Assembly (NCBI RefSeq): GCF_963921235.1
Contig: NC_086101.1
Span: 7,814,001 to 7,878,000, forward strand
From: Mobula hypostoma
Taxonomy: Eukaryota
Length of the DNA: 64,000 nucleotides
Direction: 5' to 3'
Position numbers and translations under genes: made by a program. The notes beneath the pieces are model-generated. The model was not told the origin of the DNA and did not search any database. It worked only from the letters and a program-made list of their open reading frames with translations. Every line of letters starts with the position of its first letter. The first letter of the stretch is position 1. Shown here in pieces: positions 41,000 to 53,329 of this stretch.

Positions 41000-43290
41000 G
41001 GGGTGGGGGGCAGATTTCATTGAAGCCTATCGAATTTGAAAGGCCTGGATAGAGAGGATGTGGAGAGGATGTCTCCTCCAGTAGATGAGTCAAGGACCAG
41101 AGGGCACAGCCTCAGAATACTTTTTAGAACAGAGATGAGGAGGAATTTCTTCAGCCAGAGGGTGGTGAATCTGTGGAATTCATTGCCACAGATGGCTGAG
41201 GAGGTCATGTCATTGAGTCTATTTAAAGCGGAGGTTGCTAGGTTCTTGGTTGGTCAGGGTATCAAAGTTTACGGGGAGCATGGGATTAAGAGGGATAATC
41301 AGCTATGTTGGAATGTCAGAGCAGACTCGATGGGCCAAATGGTCTAATTCTGCTCCTATGTCTTATAGACACATGCCAATGATGCGTTGGAGCAGTTCTG
41401 CGCAGTACAGACCCTTCGGCCCATAATGTTGTACCAACAGGCAAAGGCAAGGCAAGTAGGCAAGTTCATTCCTTATTTAACTATTGAGATAATAGGGTGC
41501 AAGTCTACAGGGCCAGTGTTCTGTTCTGGGTATCAGATGTGGGATTTCCAGGAGACTATCAGCCTTCCCGATGGCCACATCTGCACCAAGTGCATCAAGA
41601 TGCAGCTCCTTAGAGACTGTGTTAGGGAACTGGAGCTACAGCAGGGGTAGGGGTAATGGCAGAGGTAGACAACTGTGGCTGACAAGGGAAGTTAAGGACT
41701 GCAGAAAGGCTAAGGAAAGGGCAAATTAGGTAGCAAAAGTGAGTGGGAAGTTGAATGGTTGGGAAATTTTCAGAGGGCAACTAAAAACCTATAAGGAAAA
41801 GATGAAATATGACAGCAAACTAGCTAATAATATAAAGCAGGATACCAAAAGTTTCCTTCAGTCATATGACGAGTAACAGAGGTGAGTGTTGATATTGGAC
41901 CACTGGAAAGTGATGCAGGTGAGGTAGTAATGAGGGACCAAGAAATGGCAGTTGAACTTAATGGGTACTTTGCATCAGTCTTCACTGTGGAAGACACTAG
42001 CAGTGCGCTAGAGGTCCGCGAGTGTCAGGGAGAAGCAGTGAGTGCTATTGCTATTACAAAGGAATAAGTGCGAGGGAACTCGAAGGTCTTAAGGTGGATA
42101 AGTCACCTGGACAAGATGGACTACATCCCAGACTCCTGAGAGAGGATGCTGAAGAGATAACGGATGCATTGGTCATGATCTTTCAAGAATCATTTGAATC
42201 TGGCATGGTTCCAGAGGATTGGAAGATTGCAAATGTCACTTCACTCTTTAAGACCAGAGGAAGGCAAAAAAAAAAAAAAAAAAGAAATTATAGACCAGTT
42301 AGCCTAACTTCAGAGGTTGGGAAATTGTTGGAGTCATTATTAAGGATGAGGTTTCAGGGTACTTGGATTTCAATAATGGAATTGATGGCTTTGTGGCAAA
42401 GTTTGTGGATGATATGAAGATAAGGGGAGGGGTAGGTAGTGCTGAGGAAGCAATGCGATTGCAGTAGGGCATAGACAAATTGGAAGAATGGACAAGAAAG
42501 TGGAAGGTAGAATACAGTGTTGGGAAATATATGATCATGCATTTTAGTAAAAGGAACAATAGTGTGGACTATTATCTAAATTGGGAGAAGGTTCAAACAT
42601 CAGAGGTGCAGAGAGTCTCAGGAGTCCTTGTGCAAGACTCCCAGAAGGTTAATTTACAGGTTGAGTCTGTGGTAGAAGAGGGAAATGAACATTGGCATTT
42701 ATTTCAAGGGGAATAGAACATAAAAGCAAGGAAATAATGCTGAGCCATTATAAGACACTAGTCAGGCCGCACTTGGAGTACTGTCAACAGTTTTGGGCCC
42801 AATATCTCAGAAAGGCTGTGTTGTTATTGGAGAGAGTCCAGAGGAAATTCACAGGGATGTTTCCGGGAAAGAAGGGGTTAACATATGAGGAGCATTTGGC
42901 AGCTTTGGGACTGTGCTGACTAGAATTTTGAAGAATGCAGGGAATCTCACTGAAAGGACAAGACAGAGTGGATATGGAGAATGTTTCCTATGGTAGGGTA
43001 TCCAGAAGCAGAGGGCACAGCCTCAAAATTGAAGGGTGACCTTTAAAACCAGAAACATTGAGGAATTTTTTTTAGCCAGAGAATATTGAATCTGTGAAAT
43101 ACTCTGCCACAGATTGTGGCGTAGGGAAAGTCCATGGGTATATTTAAGGCGGAAGTTGACAGTTTCCTGATTGGTCAGGGCATCAAAGGATGTGGCAAGA
43201 AGGCAGATGTATGGGCATGAGGGGGACCCTGGATCCGGATGATACAAAGGCAGAGCAGACTTGATAGGTTGGATGACCTAATTTTGCTTC
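41000..43290 (+). mobile_element. Degenerate CR1 fragments
   Basis: HICTKC, YFASVFT, NYRPVSLTS, RPHLEYC remnants. Confidence 0.82.
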
Positions 43291-44823
43291 CATGTCATAT
43301 GGTCTAACCTTCTAATTTGTTCCAAGTTTAATCTGATCTCCCTCTCCCTCCACAGTGCCCTCCATTTTTCTATCATCCATATGCCTATCCAAGAGTGTCT
43401 TAAATGTCCCGAATGTATCTGCCTCTACCACACCTGGCAGCACATTCCACACATCCACCACTCTGTAAAAAGAAACCTACCTCTTGCATCACTCCTCCCT
43501 ATACTCCAAACACCTGAAGTTTATCTGCCCTTGCTGTAGTGGTAGTTAATAATGTTAGCCACTCCCACAAGGGAGGAGTTCACATACTGTACAAGCAGGG
43601 TTATCAATAAAAGTTCAGCTGAGTATCCTGCACGCTGATGTCCTGGTGTGCTCTGCACTATCCCTCAATATTAACACAATGCTTACCGCCCTGGGAGAAA
43701 GCCTGTGGCTATCCACTCAGTCTAAGCTTCTTCTCATCTTCTACACCTCTATCAAGTGGCCTCTCATCCTCCAAAGAGAAAAGCCCTATCTCAATCAACC
43801 TTTCCTCATAAGACATACTCTCTATTAAGGCAGCATCCTGGCTAAATCTCTCCTGTACACTCTCTAAAGCTTTGACATCATCCTATAATGAGGCAACCAG
43901 AACTGAATACTCTGAGTTTAATCTAGTCCAACCAGAGTTTTATTGAGCTGCACCATTACTTCGTGGCTCTTGAACTAAATCCATCAAATAAACAGCCAAT
44001 GCACCATTCTCCTTCTTAACCACCCTAACAACTTGCACTGCAACTTTGAAGGATCCATGTACGTGCACCTCAAAATCCCTCTGTCCCTCCAAAGGTCTCA
44101 GATTCCTGCCATGAACCTCGTGCTCTGCCTTTGAGTTTAACTCTCCAAACTCAATCACTTTACCCTTTTCCATGGCATTCAAACAGACTACACGACATAG
44201 GAGCAGAATTAGGCCATTTGGCCCATCGCATCTGTTCCTCAGACACGTGGATGGGAAAAGGTTAAGAGTGACAGGGCCCAAATGGGACGAGTGCAGGAGG
44301 ACAACTTCGTCAACATATATGAGTGACACCATATGACCAATTTTCATGCTGCAGAATTCTACGATGATCGACTCCAAGGCTGTCAGGGTATTTCAATAAC
44401 ACACAAGCACAAGCCCCAGTAGCCATGACGCATTTTGGGTCAGGAATAAGGCTCTGTGTTTGAGATCGACCCTCCATACCCAGTTGGGCTCATTTGTAAC
44501 CACAGAACCATCAGTGACATTACCTTTAAGCAACCACTTTGAAATGGCTACTTAACCTGGGAAAATCTCTGTTGGATCGACAATACGAACATTTTTGAAA
44601 ATGAATTTTTGAAAAGTGGTCCATTCACTAAGGCCATCATCGAGGCAAAGATCTCTCACAGAATCCTTTAGCACAATCTCCCGTCATTCTCCTCTGCTCT
44701 GGGGATTGAGGTGCTAACCTAGTCAACTTTTGCCAATAACTCAGGTCCTCAAGTCCTGGCAATTTGAGGGAGACATAAGCAGGACCTTCATTCCTTACTG
44801 AAGGACAATGTTTACCCATTCAC

Positions 44824-45013
44824 CTTTATCAGTGGACGTGCGGATGGCAATGAACTTGGCACCAATGTCAGCTGACGAATATTTTCTTGCCTCGGCCACG
44901 GCAATGAGTTTATTAGAGGGGGTGATCGCGATGAGTGGGATCCTGAAGGTGTTGACTTCGCCAATGACACCCCTGATCCACAGCAGCTGCTCGTCTTCAA
45001 TGAGTGAGCGGAT
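44824..45013 (-). pseudogene. NEU1: Sialidase-1 (lysosomal neuraminidase) exon 2, orphan partial duplicate
   Basis: cttttcctccag|ATC...AAA G|gtgaat; 190 nt, phase 0 to 1, open. [63 protein letters not shown](G) closely resembles vertebrate NEU1 exon 2 (EQLLW, FRIP, AEARK, GAKFIA, start of the first Asp-box). No downstream exons were recognised in the window. Confidence 0.88.
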
Positions 45014-45040
45014 CTGGAGGAAAAGGTGGAAGGATAGTTA

Positions 45041-45985
45041 CACTGGACAACGAAGATTTTGCCTCCTGAATACTTTTGCATGTATCTTATGGACTTCACC
45101 CTGCCGATCACCATGAAATTTCCCTATCGCACATCATTTTTTGAAATAGCCTATATTTGTATTACAATTCATAACTCAAGTCAGTTAAAATGTTGGCCAC
45201 AATGTAAGCTGAGGAGTTTTCTACCTTGCCCGGGTATGCTTAGGCAGGCTGGATGCTGCAGGGCAGGACAGATTTTAGAAAGGCTGTACATTTCCCTGAA
45301 GGATTTTGCTACTTGAGGCAGACTTTCCCCAGGATACCCGATACCAAGATTAAGGAAGCAACACACACAAAATGCTGGAGGAACCCAGCAGACCAGGCAG
45401 CATCTATGGAAAAAAAGTACAGTCGACGTTTCAGCCCAGCATTTTGTGAGTTGCTTGGACTTTCAACCTCTGCAGATTTTCTGTTTGTGCCAAGATTAAG
45501 GAAGGCATTTTTGTTGGTCAACAATTCAAACACGTCATCAGTGACAGGCAATTCAAAGTAGTTCTAGTGGGGCTGGGGATAATCACATAGAAGGCATTCA
45601 AGGATGTTGTTGAAAATCTTCTTGGCAACTACCGAGCTTCAAACTACATGCAGCTGGTTAACAACATGCTTCAAGCATACAAAACCATGAAGTGCAACAT
45701 GTCACTAAAGATTCATTTTCTGCATTCCCATTCAGACATCTTCTCTTGGTGCAATGCTGGCTGATTATTGTTCGACACTAAGGGAGAGCCTCAGACATCG
45801 AGTACAAATGAAAATCATCAACAAAACATTTTAACTTAGTTGCACTACTGCAAAGCATCAGCACCTTTATGCAATTAAACTTACTATATTCAATAAAAGT
45901 TATATCTTGTTTCTCCAAATTCCTACGTGACACAGGTAGTTCAAAATTATATTGTGTTCAGTTTCAACTGGTCTATCAGACAGCA
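45041..45985 (+). mobile_element. Chapaev(3)-like DNA transposon remnant
   Basis: 5' terminus CACTGGACAAC; transposase-like KIKEGIFVG...AFKDVVENLLGNYR...MLQAYKTMKCNMSLKIHFLHSH. Confidence 0.72.
45359..45489. mobile_element. Short fold-back Penelope-derived insertion
   Basis: 15-bp duplication CCAAGATTAAGGAAG at 45344-45358 and 45490-45504. Confidence 0.8.
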
Positions 45986-46739
45986 CTACATCACAAAACA
46001 GGCCCTTTGGCCCATCTAGTCCATGATAGACTGTTATTCTGCCTAGTCCCATAGTCCTCCATTCCCTTCACATCCATGCACCTATCAACAATTCTCTAAA
46101 TGTTGCAATCGAACCTGCATCCACCACCTCTGCTGGCAGCTCGTTCCACACTTGCATCACCCTCTGAGTGAAGTTGTTCCCCTTAAAAATGTCACCCTTC
46201 ACCCTTAACCCATGACCTTTTGCTCCAGTCTGACGTAATCTCTGCCACTGTTCTGAATGTACAGCAGGATCTTGTGATCATTAGTTTTAGTAGAATGGTA
46301 GCACCTTTTGTGAGCCCAGACACGCCACCATCTTACAGGAAGAAATTTGATACAGGTACACAAAATTATGAGGGGTAAATGCATGCAGGCTTTTCCGACT
46401 GAGGCTGGGTGAGACTACAACTAGAGGTCATGGGTTGAGGGTGAAAGCTGAAATGTCTAATGGGGACGTGGGGGGGAATTTCTTCACTCAGGGGATTGAG
46501 AGAGTGTGGACGTACTGCCAGCACAAGTAGTACAAGCAAGCTCGATTTCAACGTTGAAGAGAAGTTTGGATAGGTACTGTACATGGATGGTAGTGGAATG
46601 GAGGGCTCTGGACCAAGTCCAGGTAGATGGAAGTAGATAGTTGAAGTGGTTCTGCATGGACTAGATGGGCCAAAGGGCCTGTTTCTGTGTTGTACTTTTC
46701 TATGACGGTTCAGGAGCAACCTCCATAGATGCATCTTGA

Positions 46740-49700
46740 CCTCCAGCAAGAGAGCGCTAGTGATAGGGGACTCGATAGTTAGAGGGGCAGATAGGAGGTT
46801 CTGTGGTCGTGACAGAGAATCCAGGATGGTTTGTTGCCTCCTGAGTGCCAGAGTCAAGGATGTCTCTGATCGCTTGCATGACATTCTGAAGTGGGAGGGT
46901 GACCAGCCAGATGTCGTGGTGCACATCGGTACCAATGACATAGCAAGGAAGAGTGAGGAGGTCCTGGAGTGTGAGTATAGAGAGCTTGGCAGGAAGTTGA
47001 AAAGCAGGACCTCGAGGGTGGTAATCTCAGGATTGCTACCTGTGCTACGTGCCAGTGAGGGTAGGAATAGGATGCTCTGGAGGATGAACAAGTGGCTGAG
47101 GAACTGGTGTAGGGGCAGGGTTTCAGATTTCAAGATCATTGGGACCTCTTCTGGGGCAGGTGGGACCTGTACAAGAGAGACGGGTTACACTTGAACTACA
47201 AGGGGACCAATATCTTTTCAGGGAGGTTTGTTAGTGCTGTTGGGGAGGCTTTAAACTAGATTTGCAGGGGGATAGGAACCAGAATGCCAGAGCTGACAGT
47301 GTGGCTGGGCTGAAAATAAATGATGTTAAAAGTTCAAGCAAATCCGCTAATAGAAAGGTTGAGTGGTGGTAAAATTCTTCTGAGGTGTATATATTTCAAT
47401 GCTAGGAGTATTGCGAGTTGAGGGCGTGGATTGACACGTGGAATTGTGACGTTATAGCAATTAGTGAAACATGGCTACAGGAGGGCAGGACTGGCAGCTT
47501 AATATTCCAGGGTTCCGATGTTTCAGATGTGATAGAGGCCGAGGAATGAAAGGTGGGGGAGTAGCATTGCTTGTTAGGGAACATATTACAGCAGTGCTCA
47601 GGCAGGACAGATTAGAGGGCTTGTCTACTGAGTCCTTATGGGTGGAGCTGAGAAACAGGAAAGGTATGGCCACATTACTGGGATTGTATTACAGACCACC
47701 CAATAGTCAGCGAGAATTGGAGGAGCAAATCTGCAGAGAGATAGCAGGCAACTGCAAGAAACATAAAGTTGTAGTGGTAGGGGATTTTAATTTTCCACAT
47801 ATTGATTGGGACTCCCATACTGTTAGGGGTCTAGATGGGTTAGAGTTTGCTAAATGTGATCAGGAAAAGTTTTCTAAATCAATATATTCAGGTACCAACT
47901 AGAGGGGATGCAATATTAGATCTCCTATTAGGAAATGAGTTAGGACAAGTGACGGAAGTGTGTGTAGGGGAGCACTTTGGTTCCAGTGATCAGAAACAGT
48001 TTCAATTTGATCATGGACAAGGATAGATCTGGTCCTAGGGTTGAGGTTCTGAACTGGAAGAAGGCCAAATTTGAAGAAATGAGAAAGGATCTAAAAAGTG
48101 TGGATTGGGACAGGTTGTTCTCTGGCAAGGATGTGATCGGTAAGTGGGAAGCCTTCAAAGGAGAAATTTTGAGAGTGCAGAGCTTGTATGTTCCTGTCAG
48201 GATTAAAGGCAAAGTGAATAGGAATAAGGAACCTTGGTTCTCAAGGGATATTGCAACTCTGATAAAGAAGAAGAAGGAGTTGTATGAAATGTTTAGGAAA
48301 CAGGGAGTAAATAAGGTGCTTGAGGAGTATAAAAAGTGCAAGAAAATACTTAAGAAGGAAATCAGGAGGGCTAAAAAAAAGACATGAGGTTGCCTTGGCA
48401 GTCAAAGTGAAGGATAATCCAAGGAGCTTTTACAGGTATATTAAGAGTAAAAGGATTGTAAGGGATAAAATTGGTCCTATTGAAGATAAGAGTGGTTGGC
48501 TATGTGTGGAACCAAAAGAAATGGGGGAGATCTTAAATGGGTTTTTTGCGTCTGTATTTACTAAGGAAACTGGCATGAAGTCTATGGAATTGAGGGAATC
48601 AAGTAGTGAGATCATGGAAACTGTACAGATTGAAAAGGAGGAGGTGCTTGCTATCTTGAGGCAAATTAAAATGGATAAATCCCCAGGACCTGACAGGGTA
48701 TTCCCTCGGACCTTGAAGGAGACAAGTGTTGAAATTGCAGGCACCCTGGCAGATATATTTAAAATGTTGGTGTCTACGGGTGAGGTGCCGGAGGATTGGA
48801 GAATGGCTCATGTTGTTCCGTTGTTTGAAAAAGGATCGAAAAGTAATTTGGGAATTATAGGCCGGTAAGTTTGACGTCGGTAATGGGTAAGTTATTGGAG
48901 GGAGTACTAAGAGACAGAATCTACAAGCATTTGGATAGACAGGGACTTATTAGGGAGAGTCAACATGGCTTTGTGCATGGAAGGTCATGTTTGACCAATC
49001 TATTGAAGTTTTTCAAGGAGGTTACCAGGAAAGTGGGTGAAGGGAAGGCAGTGGATGTTGTCTACATGGACTTCAGTAAGGCCTTTGACAAGGTCCCGCA
49101 TGGGAGGTTAGTTAGGAAAATTCAGTTGCTAGGTATACATGGAGAAGTGGTAAATTGGATTAGACATTGGCTCAATGGAAGAAGCCAAAGAGTGGTAGAG
49201 AGAATTGCTTCTCAGAGTGGAGGCCTGTGACTAGTGGTGTGCCACAGGGATCAGTGCTGGATCCATTGTTATTTGTCATCTATATCAATGATCTGGATGA
49301 TTATGTGGTAAACTGGATCAGCAAATTTGCTGATGATACAAAGATTGGAGGTGCAGTGGACAGTGAGGAAGGTTTTCAAAGCTTGCAGAGGGATTTGGAC
49401 CAGATGGAAAAATGGGCTGAAAAATGGCAGATGGAGTTTAATACAGACAAGTGTGAGGTATTGCACTTTGGAAGGACAAACCAAGATAGAACGTACAGGG
49501 TAAATGGTAAGGCACTGAGGAGTGGAGTGGAACAGAGGGATCTGGGAATACAGATACAAAATTCCCTAAAAATGGCGTCACAGGTAGATAGGGTGATAAA
49601 AAGAGCTTTTGGTACATTGGCCTTTATTAATCAACGTATTGAGTATAAGAGCTGGAATGTTATGATGAGGTTGTATAAGGCATTGGTGAGGCCGAATCTG

Positions 49701-50232
49701 GAGTATTGTGTTCAGTTTTGGTCATCAAATTACAGGAAGGATATTAATAAGGTTGAAAGAGTGCAGAGAAGGTTTACAAGGATGTTGCTGGGACTTGAGA
49801 AACTCAGTTACAGAGAAAGGTTGAATAGGTTAGGACTTTATTCCCTGGAGCGTAAGAGAATGAGGGGAGATTTGATAGAGGTATATAAAACTATGATGGG
49901 TATAGATAGAGTGAATGCAAGCAGGCTTTTTCCACTGAGGCAAGGGGAGAAAAAAACCAGAGGACATGGGTTAAGGGTGAGGGGGGAAAAGTTTAACGGG
50001 AACATTAGTGGGGGTTTCTTCACACAGAGAGTGGTGGGAGTGGAGGTGGTAAATGCGGGTTCTTTTTTAACATTTAAGAATAAATTGGACAGATGCATGG
50101 ATGGGAGGTGTATGGAGGGATATGGTCCATGTGTAGGTCAGTGGGACTAGGCAGAAAATGGTTCGGCACAGCCAAGAAGGGCCAAAAGGCCTGTTTCTGT
50201 GCTATAGTTTTTCTATGGTTTTCTGTGGTTTC
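46740..50232 (+). mobile_element. Long CR1 LINE (ORF1 esterase through ORF2 and 3' tail), frameshifted
   Basis: GDSIVRG, HIGTND, YYRPPNS, GDFNFP, PGPD, QHGF, DFSKAFD, FADD; TTCTATGG-type tail. Confidence 0.95.
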
Positions 50233-50557
50233 TAATATAGTGTCAAAGTCACAGAGGATTCACAATGCAGGTGGACAAACAACAGAGGAACAGAAGCTGT
50301 CCTCAAGTCTGGTGGTGTGTGCTCCCAACCTTTTGCATCTTCAGCCTGGTTGTAGGAGAGAGAAGACAGAGTAACTCGGGTTCGGTTGGGAAGTACTGCC
50401 ATTGGTTTATTATTGTCTTGTACACCGTTCATGCAGATCAGATCATTACACAGTGCATTGGGCTGGAAGGTGGTAAAACAATACCAATGTAAAAAGTGTC
50501 AAAGTTACAGAAAGAGTCCAGAGCAGGCAAACGATAAAGTGGAAGATCAAGAAGATC

Positions 50558-51408
50558 ATAAGAATAGTAGGGTGAAAGAACCATGGGTGACAAGTGAGGT
50601 GGAAAATCTAGTCAGGTGGAAGAAGGCAGCATACATGAGATTTAGAAAGCAAGTATCAGATGGGTCTATTGAGGAATATAGGGAAGCGAGAAAGGAGCTT
50701 CCCTACAAGTTGGGTCTTTATTCTTTGGAACGTAGAAGGTTGAGGGTGGACTTGATAGAGGTATTTAAAATTATGAGAGGGATAGGTAGATTTGACGTGG
50801 ATAGGCTTTTTCCATTGAGTGTGGGGGAGATTCAAATAAGAGGACATGAGTTGAGAGTTAAAGGGCAAAAGATTAGGGGTAACATGAGGGGGAACTTCTT
50901 TACTCAGAGAGTGGTAGCTGTGTGGAACGAGCTTCCAGCAGAAGTGGTTGAGGCAGGTTCAATGTTGTCGTTTAAAGTTAAACTAGACAGCTATATGGAC
51001 AGGGAAGGAACAGAGGGTTATGGTCTGAGTGTGGGTCGGTGGGACGAGCTGAGAGTAAGAGTTCGGCACGGACTAGAAGGGCTGAGATGGTCTGTTTCCA
51101 TGCTGTAATTGTTATATGGTTATATGGAGCTTAAGAAGGGGCTGAGAAGAGCAAGAAGGGGGCATGAGAAGGCCTTAGCTAGTAGGGTAAAGGAAAACCC
51201 CAAGGCATTCTTCAATTATGTAAAGAACAAAAGGACAACAGGAGTGAAGGTAGGACCGATTAGAGATAAAGGTGGGAAGATGTGCCTGGAGGCTGCGGAA
51301 GTGAGCGAGGTCCTCAATAAATACTTCTCTTTGGTATTCACCAATGAGAGGGAACTTGATGAAAGTGAGGACAATATGAGTGAGGTTGATGTTCTGGAGC
51401 ATGTTGAT
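50558..51408 (+). mobile_element. Internal CR1 fragment with a nested CR1 3' end (50701-51125)
   Basis: RVKEPWVTSEVENL...VLEHVD; nested insert flanked by 7-bp TSD GGAGCTT (50694-50700, 51126-51132). Confidence 0.88.
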
Positions 51409-53045
51409 ACCCATGCCTTCTGACTTTCTGTACAAGCCTACCATGTGGAACCTTGTCAAATGCCTTACTAAAATCCATAGATCACATCCACTGCACTACC
51501 TTCATCTATATGCCTGGTCACCTCCTCAAAGAACTCTATCAGGCTTGTTGGACGCAATCTGCCTTTCACAAAGCCATACTGACTGTCACTGATCAGACCA
51601 TGATTCTCTAAATGCCCATAGATCCTATCTCTAAGAATCTTTTCCAACAGCTTTCCCACCACAGACGTAAGGCTCACTGGTCTATAATTACCCGGACTAT
51701 CCTTACTACCTTTTTAGAACAACGGGACAAGATTCACCTCTCTCCCATCCTCCGGTACCATTCCCGTGGACAACGAGGACATAAAGATCCTAGCCAGAGG
51801 CTCAGAAATCTCTTCTCTCACCTCATGGAGCAGCTTGGGGAATCTTCCGTCAGGCCCCGGGGACTTATCCATCCTAATGTATTTTAACAACTCCAACACC
51901 TCCTCTGCCTTAATATCAACATGCTCCAGAACATCAACCTCACTCATATTGTCCTCACTGTCATCAAGTTCCCTCTCATTCGTGAATACCGAAGAGAAGT
52001 ATTCATTGAGGACCTCACTCACTTCCACAGCCACCAGGCACATCTTCCCACCTTTATCTCTCATTGGTCCTACCTTCACTCCTGTCATCCTTTTGTTCTT
52101 CACAAAATTGAAGAATGCCTTGGGGTTTTCCTTTACCCTACTCGCCAAGGCCTTGTCATGCCCCCTTCTTGCTCTTCTCAGCCCCTTCTTAAGCTCCTTT
52201 CTTGCTACCCTATGTTCCTCAATAGAGGCATCTGATCCTTGCTTCCTAAGCCTCATGTATGCTGCCTTCTTCCACCTGACTAGATTTTCCACCTCACTTG
52301 TCACCCATGGTTCCTTCACCCTACCATTTTTTATCTTCCTCATTGGGACAAATTTATCCCTAACATCCCGCAAGAGATCTCTAAACATCGACCACATGTC
52401 CATAGTACATTTCCCTACAAAAACATCATCCCAATTCACACCTGCAAGTTCTAGCCTGGTAGCCTCAGAATTTGCCCTTCCCCAATTAAAAATGTTCCTG
52501 TCCCCTCTGATTCTATCCTTTTCCATGATAATGCTGAAGGCCAGGGAGTGGTGGTCACTGTCCCCCAGATGCTCACCCACTGCGAGATCTGTGACCTGAC
52601 CTGCTTCGTTACCTAATACTAGATCTAGTATGGCATTCCCCCAGTCGGCCTGGCAACATACCGTGACAGGAATCCGTCTTGGACACACTTAAACTCTGCC
52701 CCGTCCAAACCCTTGGAACTAATCAAGTGCCAATCAATATTAGGGAAGTTAAAGTCACCCATGATAACAACCCACATCAAAGTCGCTGGCGAACACAGCA
52801 GGCCCGGCCTGAAATGTTGACTGTACCTCTTCCTAGAGATGCTGCCTGGCCTGCTGCATTTCTCAGCAACTTTGATGTGTTTTGCTTGAATTTCCAGCAT
52901 CTGCAGAATTCCTCGTGTTTTCATGATAACAATCCTGTTATTATTGCACCTTTCCAAAATCTGCCTCCCAGTCTGCTCCTCGGTATCTCTGCTGCTACCA
53001 GGGCGCCTATAGAATACTCCCAATAGAGTAACTGCTTCCTTCCTG
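51409..53045 (-). mobile_element. CR1 ORF2 fragment (endonuclease to RT start) with a Penelope-derived insert at about 52772-52921
   Basis: Near-identical to 8530-10005; insert flanked by duplicated CATGATAACAA. Confidence 0.92.
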
Positions 53046-53329
53046 CAGCCTTCGTCTCTCCTGAGACAGCCCACAAGGCAGTGCGGCTATTTACCCACAG
53101 CTGGGGATCTGGTTCACGAGCACCAGGGTGTGTCCACACATTGGTGGGCCTGCGTGCTACGTGTGCCTGACCTCCTCCCTGGCCTCTGCAGTTCAGCCCG
53201 AGTCCAAAAGTTCAGTTTCCATGTCACCAAAATAAATCAATTAAAGCATGTATGTGTATAAAATAGCACAAAAACAGAAATAATATATATTAAAAAGTGA
53301 GATAGTGTTAATGGGTACAATGCCCATTT

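Noticed and set aside
44400..44525. VTDGSVVTN on the - strand, resembling a later NEU1 exon (LPDGSVVIN)
   Set aside because: Flanking residues do not continue the similarity and the exon order would be wrong.
22588..51430. Large inversion splitting one CR1 (the + piece starts and the - piece ends at nearly the same element position)
   Set aside because: The interval contains TRIM exon 6 in the correct orientation relative to exons 1-5, so this is likely coincidence.
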